From: Thermoplasmatota archaeon
GTDB lineage: Archaea > Thermoplasmatota > E2 > UBA202 > DSCA01
DNA length: 64,000 bases
Reading direction: 5' to 3'
NCBI GenBank assembly: GCA_046498345.1
Contig: JAWOAW010000017.1
Coordinates: forward strand, 526 to 64,525
Within the stretch, counting starts at the first letter, position 1. Each line of letters begins with the position of its first letter. The notes below the pieces were generated by a model. The model had not been told where the DNA came from. It ran no database searches and saw nothing but the letters and a program-made list of their open reading frames with translations. The position numbers and the translations under genes are program-made. Positions 18,776-27,945 of the stretch are shown here, piece by piece.

Positions 18776-20650
18776 TCAGTCGAAGTGCATCCGGATGTGG
18801 TATACCCCATCCTTGAGTTCTTTTTCCATCGTGAAATCCATTTTTTCAAACAGTTCGAGCATGCCCCGGTTGTTGGCCAGCACGTCGGCGGTGAAGCCGT
18901 AGAGGCCGCGCCGCTTGGCTATCTGCGTGAGATATTTGAGCAGCTCGGTGCCCACGCCCTGCTGCTGCCAGTCGTCCCGGACCACGAAGGCGACCTCGGC
19001 GCTGTTGGTGTTCTCGTCGAGACCCCAGCGGCCCACGCCCACGAGCTCCTCTTTATCCTCTTCGCCGGTGACCGCCACGATGGCCATGTTTTTGCTGTAG
19101 TCGACGTTGGCCAGCTCGTGCAGCTGCTGGCGGGGCAGATAATGCTTGACGCCCATGAACCGCTTGTAGATGGTCTCGTTTGAAAGATTGTAGAACATGT
19201 CCTTGAGCAGTTCCTCGTCGGCGGGTTTGACCGGCCGGAGCAGCACCCGCGTGCCGTCGGGGAGATGCACATATTTTTCCAGGTCAACTGGATAGATGCC
19301 ACCCCGCCCGGTTACCATCATCTGGTCCTGGTAGACCAGGTTGTATTTTTTGGCCTCCTCCAGCAGCTGCTCCCGGAACCTGGGATGCGCGATGCTTATC
19401 AGCGCCACGGCCCGCTCACGGATGTTTTTGCCGTGCAGGTAGGCGCTCCCATATTCAGTAACCACATAGTGCACGTCGCCCCGGGTCAGGGTAACGCCGG
19501 CGCCCTCCTTCAGGAAGGGGACGATGCGGGATACCTCGCCGTTTTTCGCCGTGGCGGGCAGCGCGATGATGTTTTTGCCGCCCTCGCTCAACGCGGCGCC
19601 GCGCATGAAGTCGGCCTGGCCGCCGATGCCGCTGTAGAACTCGTGGCCGAGCGATTCCGCGGTGACCTGGCCGGTGAGATCGATTTCCAGGGCGGTGTTG
19701 ATGGCCGTCATCTTGTAGTTCTGGGCGATGACCGTGGGCTTGTTGGTGTACTCGATGGGCCGGAACTCGAACTCGGGGTTGTTGTTGAGATAGGCGTAGG
19801 TTTTCTGGTGCCCCATGCAGAACGAGGCGATGGCCTTGCCCCGGTGTATCGATTTTTTTTCGTTGGTGACCACGCCCTTTTTCATGAGCTCGACGACGCC
19901 GTCGGTGAGCAGCTCGGTGTGGACGCCCAGGTCCCGCTTGCCCTGGAGGCTGGCGACGATGGCGTCGGGGATGCTGCCGTAGCCGACCTGGATGGTGGCC
20001 CCGTCCTCGACCAGCCGGGCCACGTTTTTGCCGATGGCGTCGGTGGTTTCATCCACCTCGCCCGTCTTGTATTCCAGCAATGGCTCATCATGGGGGATGA
20101 CGTAGTCGACGTCCTCGATGTGGATGAAGCTTTCCCCGAGCACGCGGGGCATGTTTTTGTTGACCTGGGCGATGACCACGTCGGCGTTTTCCACCGCCGA
20201 CTTGACGATGTCCACGCTGATGCCGTAGCTCATGTAGCCGTGCTCGTCGGGCGATGACAGCTGGATGAGCGCCACGTCCACGGGGATGACATCCCGGTGG
20301 AACAGGTCAGGGACGGCAGACAAAAAAATCGGGGTGTAGTCGGCCATCCCCTTGTTGACCGCGCCCCGGGTGTTGTCCCCGATGAAAAAGGCGTTGTGTC
20401 GGAAGTTCATCTCGAACTTGGGTTTGACGTAGGGGGCCACACCCAGCGTCCATACATGGAAGACTTCGGCGTCGGCGAAGGCCTTGGGATTGTCTTCCAC
20501 GTACTCGGCCAGTTCCTTGACCAGATGCGACGGCTTGCCGCAGCCGGTGCCGATAAATATTTTGTCGCCGCCGTGGATATGCTCGAACACCCGTTCCAGG
20601 TTGGTGGCAAACTTTTTGGGATACTTCCGCCGGAGGGTCTCCATGCCCAT
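18776..20650 (-). CDS. Acetyl-CoA hydrolase/transferase (Cat1/ScpC family) fused to a C-terminal Pat-type GNAT acetyltransferase domain
   Basis: Start at MGMETLRRKYPKKF; the longer ORF extending to 20947 is rejected. The CoA-transferase family fold spans both halves. The C-terminal about 160 aa matches the GNAT of bacterial protein acetyltransferase Pat (YPVDLEKYVHLPDGTRVLLRPVKPADEELLKDMFYNLSNETIYKRF). Confidence 0.8.
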   Translation of the reverse strand: MGMETLRRKYPKKFATNLERVFEHIHGGDKIFIGTGCGKPSHLVKELAEYVEDNPKAFADAEVFHVWTLGVAPYVKPKFEMNFRHNAFFIGDNTRGAVNKGMADYTPIFLSAVPDLFHRDVIPVDVALIQLSSPDEHGYMSYGISVDIVKSAVENADVVIAQVNKNMPRVLGESFIHIEDVDYVIPHDEPLLEYKTGEVDETTDAIGKNVARLVEDGATIQVGYGSIPDAIVASLQGKRDLGVHTELLTDGVVELMKKGVVTNEKKSIHRGKAIASFCMGHQKTYAYLNNNPEFEFRPIEYTNKPTVIAQNYKMTAINTALEIDLTGQVTAESLGHEFYSGIGGQADFMRGAALSEGGKNIIALPATAKNGEVSRIVPFLKEGAGVTLTRGDVHYVVTEYGSAYLHGKNIRERAVALISIAHPRFREQLLEEAKKYNLVYQDQMMVTGRGGIYPVDLEKYVHLPDGTRVLLRPVKPADEELLKDMFYNLSNETIYKRFMGVKHYLPRQQLHELANVDYSKNMAIVAVTGEEDKEELVGVGRWGLDENTNSAEVAFVVRDDWQQQGVGTELLKYLTQIAKRRGLYGFTADVLANNRGMLELFEKMDFTMEKELKDGVYHIRMHFD

Positions 20651-20731
20651 CGCTTCTTCATGGCAGCCGGCTATTAAAAGGTTTAGTGTACGGGGGGCAA
20701 GCAATATAACCCGATAGCCCATTACACGTAT

Positions 20732-21001
20732 ATGACTGTCGGCTACATTCTTATCTCTATTGCGCCGGCGAAGGAGCAGGCGGTGCACGAGGCGCTGGCC
20801 TCCATCGACGAGATAACCGAGCTGTACTCTCTTTTTGGTCCCTACGACGTCATCGCCAAGGTGGCGGTGGACAGCGAGGACGTCCTGGCCAGCGTGGTTC
20901 TCAACCACATTCGGCCCATAGACGGCGTCGCGGACACCAAGACGCATACCGTGGTGCCGCTCGAGCAGCTAACGCCGGGGCAGGAAGCATCGGAGGGGTA
21001 A
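20732..21001 (+). CDS. Stand-alone Lrp/AsnC ligand-binding (RAM) domain protein
   Basis: 89 aa: [40 protein letters not shown], the RAM-domain pattern without an HTH. Confidence 0.6.
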   Translation: MTVGYILISIAPAKEQAVHEALASIDEITELYSLFGPYDVIAKVAVDSEDVLASVVLNHIRPIDGVADTKTHTVVPLEQLTPGQEASEG

Positions 21002-21066
21002 CATGCACCGGCGGGAGAGCGTCACGTTTAAATACGGAGAGCCCATGTGAGGGCAGAGGCGAGCTT

Positions 21067-22098
21067 ATGAAAGCTGGCATTGTTGGTTATGGGGCGTATG
21101 TCCCGAAGTATAGAATTAAAACAGAGGAAATCGCCCGTATGTGGCGGGGCGACGGGGCAGCGATCGCTGCCGGCCTCATGGTCTACGAGAAATCGGTGCC
21201 GGCGCTCGACGAGGACACCGCCACCATCTCGGTTGAGGCGGCCCGCCGGGCTGTTAAGCTGTCGGGCATCGACCCCCAGGACATCGGAGCATTGTATGTC
21301 GGGTCGGAGTCGCATCCCTACGCGGTCAAGCCCACCGCCACCATCGTCGCCGAGGCGATACAGGCCACGCCTCATCTGGCCGCGGCGGACTACGAGTTTG
21401 CCTGCAAGGCCGGCACGGCGGCCATGCAAAACTGCCTGGCCCTGGTCAGGGCGGACATGATTACCTACGGCATGGCCATCGGCGCCGACGTGTCGCAGGC
21501 GGCCCCCGGCGACGCATTGGAATATGCCGCAGCGGCGGGAGGCGCCGCGTTCATCCTGGGCCGGGACAACCTCATCGCCGAAATAAATGAAACCCTGTCG
21601 TTTACCACTGACACCCCGGATTTCTGGCGTCGGGAGGGAGAGCCCTACCCGGGCCACGGCGGCCGTTTCACCGGCAAACCCGCCTATTTCCGGCATGTGA
21701 CGGCCGCCACGGAGCGTCTCATGGAGGAGATGGGCACCAAGCCGGGAGACTACGACTACGCGGTCTTCCATCAGCCCAACGGCAAGTTTCCATCCCGGGT
21801 GGCCCGCAAGCTCGGGTTTACGAAGGAGCAGATCGAGGAGGGATTGCTCTGCTCGATCATCGGCAACACCTATTCAGGGTCGACGCCCCTGGGCCTGTCA
21901 GCGGTGCTCGACGTCGCCGAGCCCGGCGACCGCATCCTGGCCACCTCGTACGGCTCCGGGGCCGGCGCCGACTCGTTTGACATCACGGTCACCGACGGCA
22001 TCGAAGGCTACAAGCGAAACAACATACGGCGGATGCTGGAGGACAAGGAATATCTTGACTACGGCCTGTACATGAAACACAGAGGTGAGTTTGCATGA
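21067..22098 (+). CDS. Hydroxymethylglutaryl-CoA synthase (archaeal type)
   Basis: [16 protein letters not shown]-terminus and the catalytic Cys context (EFACKAGT) of archaeal HMGCS. TATA-like TTTAAATA upstream. Confidence 0.9.
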   Translation: MKAGIVGYGAYVPKYRIKTEEIARMWRGDGAAIAAGLMVYEKSVPALDEDTATISVEAARRAVKLSGIDPQDIGALYVGSESHPYAVKPTATIVAEAIQATPHLAAADYEFACKAGTAAMQNCLALVRADMITYGMAIGADVSQAAPGDALEYAAAAGGAAFILGRDNLIAEINETLSFTTDTPDFWRREGEPYPGHGGRFTGKPAYFRHVTAATERLMEEMGTKPGDYDYAVFHQPNGKFPSRVARKLGFTKEQIEEGLLCSIIGNTYSGSTPLGLSAVLDVAEPGDRILATSYGSGAGADSFDITVTDGIEGYKRNNIRRMLEDKEYLDYGLYMKHRGEFA

Positions 22099-23261
22099 GA
22101 GACGTAGCGCTCATCGGCGGCGGTCTCACCCAGTTCGGCGAGCTCTGGGAGAAGTCGCTGGCTGACCTGGTGGCGGAGGCCGGCATCGGCGCCATCATGG
22201 ACGCAGGCATCGAGGGCGAGGACATCGAGGCCATGTACATCGGCGGGATGTCCGCCGGGCGGTTTGTCGGCCAGGAGCATCTGGGCTCGCTGGCAGCCGA
22301 AGTGTCCGGATTGAGCGAGCTGCACATCCCCGCCACGAGAGTTGAGGCGGCCTGCGCGTCGGGCAGCTTGGCGCTCCATAACGGCTACCTGGCCGTCGCC
22401 TCGGGCATGTACGACGTGGTGGTGGTCGGCGGCGCGGAGAAGATGACCGACGTGGCCGGCACCGAGGCGACCAACATCCTGGCCTCGGCGGCAAACCGGG
22501 AATGGGAGGCCTTTTTCGGGGCCACGTTCCCCGGCCTGTATGCGCTGATGGCCCGCTACCACATGCACAAATATGGAACAACGGGGGAGCAGCTGGCGCA
22601 GGTGGCGGTCAAAAACCATCACAACGGCACGCTGAACCCGAAGGCGCAGTACCGGCGGGAGGTATCCGTGGAAGACGTGCTCACCTCGACCATGGTGGCC
22701 GACCCGCTGCACCTGCTCGACTGCAGCCCCATCACCGACGGCGCCGGCGCCGTCATCATCGCATCCATGGACCGGGCACAGGAGTTCACCGACCAGCCAA
22801 TCAGGATCGCCGCCTCGGAAACCGTGGCGGACAGCATCTCGCTGAGCGAGCGCAGCCGGTTTGATGGCATCCCGGCGGCGATGACGGCATCCCGGCGGGC
22901 ATACCAGCGAGCCGGCATCTCGCCGGTCGACCTCGACGTGGCGGAGGTACACGACTGCTTCACCATCGCCGAGATCATGGCCATCGAGGACATCGGCTTC
23001 GTCGACAAGGGCAAGGGCGGAAGCGCCGTGGAGGACGGGCTGACCGCGCTGGACGGCGAGCTCCCCGTCAACACCTCCGGCGGCCTCAAGTCCAAGGGGC
23101 ATCCCGTGGGGGCGACCGGCATCGCGCAGGTACATGAGCTGATGTTGCAGCTGCGCGGCCAGGCGGGCCAGCGCCAGGTTGACGATGCCTCGCTCGGGTT
23201 GACGCACAACGTGGGCGGCTCGGGGGGAACAGCCGTCATTCACATCCTGGAGGCGATATAG
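22095..23261 (+). CDS. Acetyl-CoA C-acetyltransferase (thiolase), partner of archaeal HMGCS
   Basis: Thiolase fold ([26 protein letters not shown]). ATGA overlap with HMGCS. Confidence 0.9.
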   Translation: MRDVALIGGGLTQFGELWEKSLADLVAEAGIGAIMDAGIEGEDIEAMYIGGMSAGRFVGQEHLGSLAAEVSGLSELHIPATRVEAACASGSLALHNGYLAVASGMYDVVVVGGAEKMTDVAGTEATNILASAANREWEAFFGATFPGLYALMARYHMHKYGTTGEQLAQVAVKNHHNGTLNPKAQYRREVSVEDVLTSTMVADPLHLLDCSPITDGAGAVIIASMDRAQEFTDQPIRIAASETVADSISLSERSRFDGIPAAMTASRRAYQRAGISPVDLDVAEVHDCFTIAEIMAIEDIGFVDKGKGGSAVEDGLTALDGELPVNTSGGLKSKGHPVGATGIAQVHELMLQLRGQAGQRQVDDASLGLTHNVGGSGGTAVIHILEAI

Positions 23262-23663
23262 ATGGGTGTACCACGATATTGGAGAGAGATACCACAGCGC
23301 TACAACATCATTGGAACCAAATGCGGGGCCTGCGGCCAGGTGTATTTTCCACCCCGCTCGATGTGCCCTGAATGCAGGCGGGCTTCGGTGGGCAAGATGG
23401 AGGAATACCGGCTCAAGGGCACGGGCACCGTGGAAACCTACACCGTCATCTACGCCCCGCCGCCGCATTTTGAGCACGAGGAGCCATATGTCATCGCGCT
23501 CATCAGGATGGACGAGGATACCTATCTGACGGCCCAGATCGTGGACACCGACCCGGACGAGGTGTCTATCGGCATGCATGTCGAGTCCTGCTTCCGCCGC
23601 ATCTACCAGGACGGAAAGGCGGGTGCCATCCATTACGGCTACAAGTTCAAGCCCGTGGAATAG
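23262..23663 (+). CDS. DUF35 OB-fold / Zn-ribbon protein (scaffold of the thiolase/HMGCS complex)
   Basis: CGACGQVYFPPRSMCPECRR zinc ribbon followed by an OB fold. Immediately follows the thiolase stop, as in the conserved archaeal three-gene module. Confidence 0.85.
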   Translation: MGVPRYWREIPQRYNIIGTKCGACGQVYFPPRSMCPECRRASVGKMEEYRLKGTGTVETYTVIYAPPPHFEHEEPYVIALIRMDEDTYLTAQIVDTDPDEVSIGMHVESCFRRIYQDGKAGAIHYGYKFKPVE

Positions 23664-23702
23664 GCCGCAGGAAGGCCAAAAAGTTTATGTGCCCCCTGTT
23701 GC

Positions 23703-23733
23703 ATATATAAAAGCATATAAAAGGTATAAAAGG
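23703..23733 (+). promoter_or_regulatory. Three tandem TATA-like repeats (ATATATAAAAGC / ATATAAAAGG / TATAAAAGG) upstream of tbp
   Basis: Direct read of CATATATAAAAGCATATAAAAGGTATAAAAGGTGGATAAAATG. Confidence 0.5.
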
Positions 23734-23741
23734 TGGATAAA

Positions 23742-24284
23742 ATGGCTGATATTAAAATACAGAATATGGTCGCATCGACCGTGATAGCAGAAGAACTGGA
23801 CCTGGACAAGATCAACGAATCCCTGGATGACACCAAATACAACCCCGACCAGTTCCCCGGGCTGGTCTACCACATCAAAGAGCCAAAGATAGCGTTTCTG
23901 CTGTTCAAAAGCGGCAGAGTCATCTGCACCGGCGCCCGCAACAAGGAGGACATCGAAACAGCTGTCGGCAAGCTCTACCCCAAGATGAAGGAACTCGGGT
24001 TCAACGTCATCAAGCCGGAGGTCAACATCCAGAACATCGTGGCCTCCGTCGACCTGCACGTACATCTCAACCTGCTGGAGCTCTCCCTGGCACTCGGCCT
24101 GGAAAACATCGAATACGAGCCCGAGATATTCCCGGGCATGGTCTACAGGCTCAAGGACCCCACCGTCGTGTTCCTATTTTTCGGCTCCGGTAAAATCGTC
24201 TGCACCGGCGCCAAGCGACGCGAAGACGTCGAGCGAGCCGTGGACGTCATCACCGAGGAGCTCGACAAACGAGGATTCCTGTAA
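23742..24284 (+). CDS. tbp: TATA-box binding protein
   Basis: Two direct repeats of the TBP fold (IQNMVAS...FPGLVY...GRVICTGA repeated). An alternative GTG start at 23733 is possible. Confidence 0.95.
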   Translation: MADIKIQNMVASTVIAEELDLDKINESLDDTKYNPDQFPGLVYHIKEPKIAFLLFKSGRVICTGARNKEDIETAVGKLYPKMKELGFNVIKPEVNIQNIVASVDLHVHLNLLELSLALGLENIEYEPEIFPGMVYRLKDPTVVFLFFGSGKIVCTGAKRREDVERAVDVITEELDKRGFL

Positions 24285-24310
24285 ACGGTTACGCCAGCAG
24301 ACAGCGTGGC

Positions 24311-25360
24311 TTACACGGCCTCGGCGTCCACCGTTACCGTCCCGCCGTTTCGGAACGCCTCGACTTCTTCCAGCGACGGTAGCTCGATATGCGAGCTCTG
24401 CTGCTGCTCGTTGTACTGCTCCCGGCCCAGCCGGTCGATGGTCTCCAGACCCTGCGCCCTGAGCATGTCCAGCTTGGTGTTCACCACGTCAACCGTGGTG
24501 CGGAGCGCAAACAGCACCGGAACCAGCAGATGCCTGAACATGAGCGGGAACCCTTCAAACCGGATATCGGAGGTGAGCACCCGGTCCCGCCAGGTGGGCT
24601 CCTCGCCGAACGAGGTGATGGGCAGCCCCATGCCCGCCTCCAGCTCGTCGGAAAACGTTGAATCCAACGGGATCCACTTTCCGTCCACCAGGGCCTCGGT
24701 CTCCCCGTGCAGCGAGTCCAGGAAGCCCAGCATCTCAAGCGTCTCGCTCAGCAAAAGGTCATCTTTTAGCACGGTGTCATAGAACTGCTGCGACGGAGAC
24801 AGCGCATACAGCCGATACCTGGCCGACACGCCGCCGGCGCGGAGCAGCGCCGCCATCAGAGAAAGCTGGTCCAGGCAGACGCCTCCCTTGCTGCGGAAGG
24901 TGCCCAGCGCCCCCCGCATGGTCTTGAACACCAGTTTTTTCTCGTTTTTCACGAACTCGTATACGGCCCGGGTGAACTCCAGCGGGCTTTTCTCCCCGGC
25001 GCCGAGCTTGACCGCCATGGCCCGTATCTCCGGGGCGTCGCTCTCGCAGAGCCGCGTGGGCCGCAGATATTTTTCGGTTCCCACCGGGGGCAGATCCTCG
25101 TAGTCCTCCGGGGACAGCAGCTGCCGGGAGTCATATCTGGACTCGTCCTCCAGATGGCCCCAGGGAGGCTTTGAACGGCGAAGGCGGGCCATCCACCCCG
25201 GCACGTTGGCCAGCGTAGCCCGGGGATGCTTCGCCATGACGAAGATGAGCGCACCGACCGCACCACCCAGGTTCCGCAGCATCGGCAATGGAATGAACAA
25301 TCCCTTGTCGAATTCCTCTCTCAGTTCCGCGAGCATGGTATCACCGCAGCTCCTCGGCAA
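24311..25360 (-). CDS. Transglutaminase-like cysteine protease superfamily protein (paralog 1)
   Basis: TGL core Cys context GGVCLDQLSLMAALLRAGGVSARY plus downstream His/Asp (HGETEALVDGKWIPLD). Overlaps the upstream LuxE-like gene by 20 nt. Clear paralog of the CDS at 39842-40816. Confidence 0.7.
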   Translation of the reverse strand: MPRSCGDTMLAELREEFDKGLFIPLPMLRNLGGAVGALIFVMAKHPRATLANVPGWMARLRRSKPPWGHLEDESRYDSRQLLSPEDYEDLPPVGTEKYLRPTRLCESDAPEIRAMAVKLGAGEKSPLEFTRAVYEFVKNEKKLVFKTMRGALGTFRSKGGVCLDQLSLMAALLRAGGVSARYRLYALSPSQQFYDTVLKDDLLLSETLEMLGFLDSLHGETEALVDGKWIPLDSTFSDELEAGMGLPITSFGEEPTWRDRVLTSDIRFEGFPLMFRHLLVPVLFALRTTVDVVNTKLDMLRAQGLETIDRLGREQYNEQQQSSHIELPSLEEVEAFRNGGTVTVDAEAV

Positions 25361-26720
25361 TCAAGTCCCGCATCAGGTTGCCGCATCCCTTCGCCTCGGC
25401 CCCGGCCATCCGGCTGATGTCGGAATCCATGACCACGCCCGGCCGGTCGCAGACAGGGCAGCGCTCGTAGAGCTTGACGTGGTCCCCGGTGACGATGAAG
25501 CCGGGGTAGCTGTGGGAGACGGGGTCGAGAAACGCGAAGCGTCCCTCCTCGCCGTATCCCTTGGGCTGGTTGTCTTCGTCCAGCACCATGGGGTAGAGCC
25601 AGGGATGCAGGTGCTTGTAGCGTCCCTCGCAGTCCATGCCCAGCGCGTTCATCTCGGACATGCCGTAGATGTCCTTGTAGTGCTCTGGAGGAATGCCCAG
25701 CGTGTCCTCTACCATGCCGGCGAAGGTCTGCGGGGACACCTTTTTGCCCTGGTGTATCTTCCATCCGCCGCCGGTGATGACGATGCCGTTGTGGTCGCCG
25801 AGCGACAGGCTGACGCCCTCCTCCCGCATGATCTCCATGAGGTCGTAGAGCTGGAATGGAAAGGTCAGGATGATGACCTGTTTCCCGGCGCTGTTGAGTT
25901 TTTCCAGCAGCTTGATGAGCTTATATTGCCCTTTTTTCATGACCCGCTGCAGCAGCTTCAGCTTCATCTTGTCCTTGAACCCCCGTATCTGGCCGGACAT
26001 CAGCCGGACGATGTCCATGGTCAGCTCCCGCTCGGTCAGAAAATGGCGCTGGCCGTCATCCATGATCTTGGTCGCCTCTGAAATCCAGTGCCCCATGGTG
26101 AGATAGGTCTTGACCGGGCCGGGGTAGACGAACTGCACGTCGTCGTCGGGGTGGACGACGGAGAACAGCAGGGTTTTGTCAGCCGCATAGAACCACCGCC
26201 TCGTTGTCAGCTCATCCCTGAACATGATGCTGAAGTTTCCCGTGGTGCCCGAGGAATGGGTCACGATGCCGCGCAGGCGGCTTTCAGCCCAGTGGAGAAA
26301 ATCCTGCAGGCTGCCCCCGGAAAAATCATAGTCGCCGATGTCCACCGAAGACACGCGGTACAGCCATTCATAGACGCTCTTGGGGTCCTCCTCCGGGTAG
26401 TCCTTGAAAAAACTGTCGGGAACCCTCGGGATAGCAGTGAGGTCCTCCTCCGATGTGACATCGCCAGGCTGGACGTTGCTGTCCCTGCAGTACCGATGGT
26501 AAAACAGGTTGTTGGAATAATGATGGTCAAACGCCTCGCGGATGGCCTGCGTTCTGGCTTCCCTGACACTCGCCGGGTCATACTCATAATAGTTGTCCAT
26601 GCCATAGATCATGGAGTCAACGGTCGTCCACTTTTCCCGGGGAACCGAGAACCGCTCCGTAAGGTTGTTCCACAGCTGCCCCGTGGTCTCAGCTATCGCT
26701 CGCATGGCCCACAACAACAT
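25341..26720 (-). CDS. LuxE-type acyl-protein synthetase / F390-synthetase-like adenylate-forming enzyme
   Basis: LuxE-like N-terminus (FDHHYSNNLFYHRYC...TSEEDLTAIPRVPDSFFK), adenylation motif SSGTTGNFS, and a C-terminal CPVCDRPG Cys cluster. Confidence 0.6.
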   Translation of the reverse strand: MLLWAMRAIAETTGQLWNNLTERFSVPREKWTTVDSMIYGMDNYYEYDPASVREARTQAIREAFDHHYSNNLFYHRYCRDSNVQPGDVTSEEDLTAIPRVPDSFFKDYPEEDPKSVYEWLYRVSSVDIGDYDFSGGSLQDFLHWAESRLRGIVTHSSGTTGNFSIMFRDELTTRRWFYAADKTLLFSVVHPDDDVQFVYPGPVKTYLTMGHWISEATKIMDDGQRHFLTERELTMDIVRLMSGQIRGFKDKMKLKLLQRVMKKGQYKLIKLLEKLNSAGKQVIILTFPFQLYDLMEIMREEGVSLSLGDHNGIVITGGGWKIHQGKKVSPQTFAGMVEDTLGIPPEHYKDIYGMSEMNALGMDCEGRYKHLHPWLYPMVLDEDNQPKGYGEEGRFAFLDPVSHSYPGFIVTGDHVKLYERCPVCDRPGVVMDSDISRMAGAEAKGCGNLMRDLIAEELR

Positions 26721-26778
26721 CAGGCCACATAAAACCGTTCGTTAAACGCCGCTTGAACACCGTTAAAGCCCGGTTTAC

Positions 26779-27861
26779 CTACTCCTGCGGCATCCACAGG
26801 AAATCCGTCTGGTCGCTCACCCGCCGCTCCCGGATGCCCTCCAGCACCTCGGCGATGTCCAGCCCCATCTGGGACAAAAAGTAGCGCTTGTCCTCGTCCT
26901 GCTTGATGACCCCATCGTCTTTCAGCTTCTTGAGATGAAAGCTGAGCTTCGGGTTATCCTTGATGTCCAGCAGCTGCGCGATGGTGGTGAAGCTGTAGGT
27001 GTCGCCGTCGGACAGCGCCTGGATGACCCGCCGGCGCAGGTAGTTGGAGATGGAGTCGGAGAACAGGCTCAGGCGGATGTCGGCGACGACCTCCCGGATG
27101 TCGTCGGCCATCTTGTCGTCGACCCCGCTGAAATCGGTGGACAATATGAGCCGCCCCTTGTGCAGCGACGCCATGCGGTAGAGCCAGCGCAGGAAATCGC
27201 GCACTTGGCCGACGGGATGCTTGTCGAGAAGATATGCGACATCGGCCAGGGCGATGACCACGTCGTCGGCGAGGGCTGCGTCCACGTCTTCCTGCACCGC
27301 CGGCAGGTCCCGGGGCTCCCAGTCGGCGAGCAGCGAAATCGTTTCCACGTCCATGTCTTTGACCCGTTCGACGTCGGTGCCGATGTAGATGCCGTGCGCC
27401 TCGTCGGCCAGCTTCCGGAATTTTTCGATGTAATCGCCGCTTTCCCGTCCCACCTGTTTCAGCCGCTCGAACTTTATCTCCTCGATGGCTGCCAGGATGC
27501 TGCCCTCCAGCTCGTCCATGTCGAACGGCTTTCGGATGTAGTCGAAGGCGCCCTCTTTCATGGCCTCGATGGCGCTGTCCACCGTGGCATACGCCGTTAT
27601 CATGATGACCGGGATCGATGCATCGCGCTGCTTTATCTGTTTCAGGGTTTCGATGCCGTCCATATCCGGCATCTTGATGTCCAGGAAGACCAGGTCCGCC
27701 TCGCCCAGCCGCTCCAGGCAGTCCTCACCCGACTCGGCGGTGACCACCTGGTAGCCGTAGGATTCGATGGCCGTCTTGGCCGCATCGAGAATGGACGGGT
27801 CGTCGTCGACGAACATGATACGCGTGAGCCGCTCGGGGCTGTCACCTGCTTTGGCATTCAT
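26779..27861 (-). CDS. Response regulator: CheY-like receiver plus DUF835-like middle domain plus C-terminal winged HTH
   Basis: REC motifs (IMFVDDD, DLVFLDIKMPDMDG, PVIMITA, KPF). C-terminal HTH-like ANYLRRRVIQALSDGDTYSFTTIAQLLDIKDNPKLSFHLKKLKDDGVI. Confidence 0.75.
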   Translation of the reverse strand: MNAKAGDSPERLTRIMFVDDDPSILDAAKTAIESYGYQVVTAESGEDCLERLGEADLVFLDIKMPDMDGIETLKQIKQRDASIPVIMITAYATVDSAIEAMKEGAFDYIRKPFDMDELEGSILAAIEEIKFERLKQVGRESGDYIEKFRKLADEAHGIYIGTDVERVKDMDVETISLLADWEPRDLPAVQEDVDAALADDVVIALADVAYLLDKHPVGQVRDFLRWLYRMASLHKGRLILSTDFSGVDDKMADDIREVVADIRLSLFSDSISNYLRRRVIQALSDGDTYSFTTIAQLLDIKDNPKLSFHLKKLKDDGVIKQDEDKRYFLSQMGLDIAEVLEGIRERRVSDQTDFLWMPQE

Positions 27862-27945
27862 ATTGCACATCCACGTGGCTTCATGACATAAAAGCGGATG
27901 GTTATATGGAGTTTACGCCGAGGGCCCGGGGAGCCAGGCCGGATA

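Noticed and set aside
19265-20257. 330-aa plus-strand ORF
   Set aside because: Antisense to the CoA-transferase/GNAT gene. It has no start context and a low-complexity composition.
22059-23633. 524-aa minus-strand ORF
   Set aside because: Antisense to thiolase and DUF35. It is Arg/His/Gly-rich and not coding.
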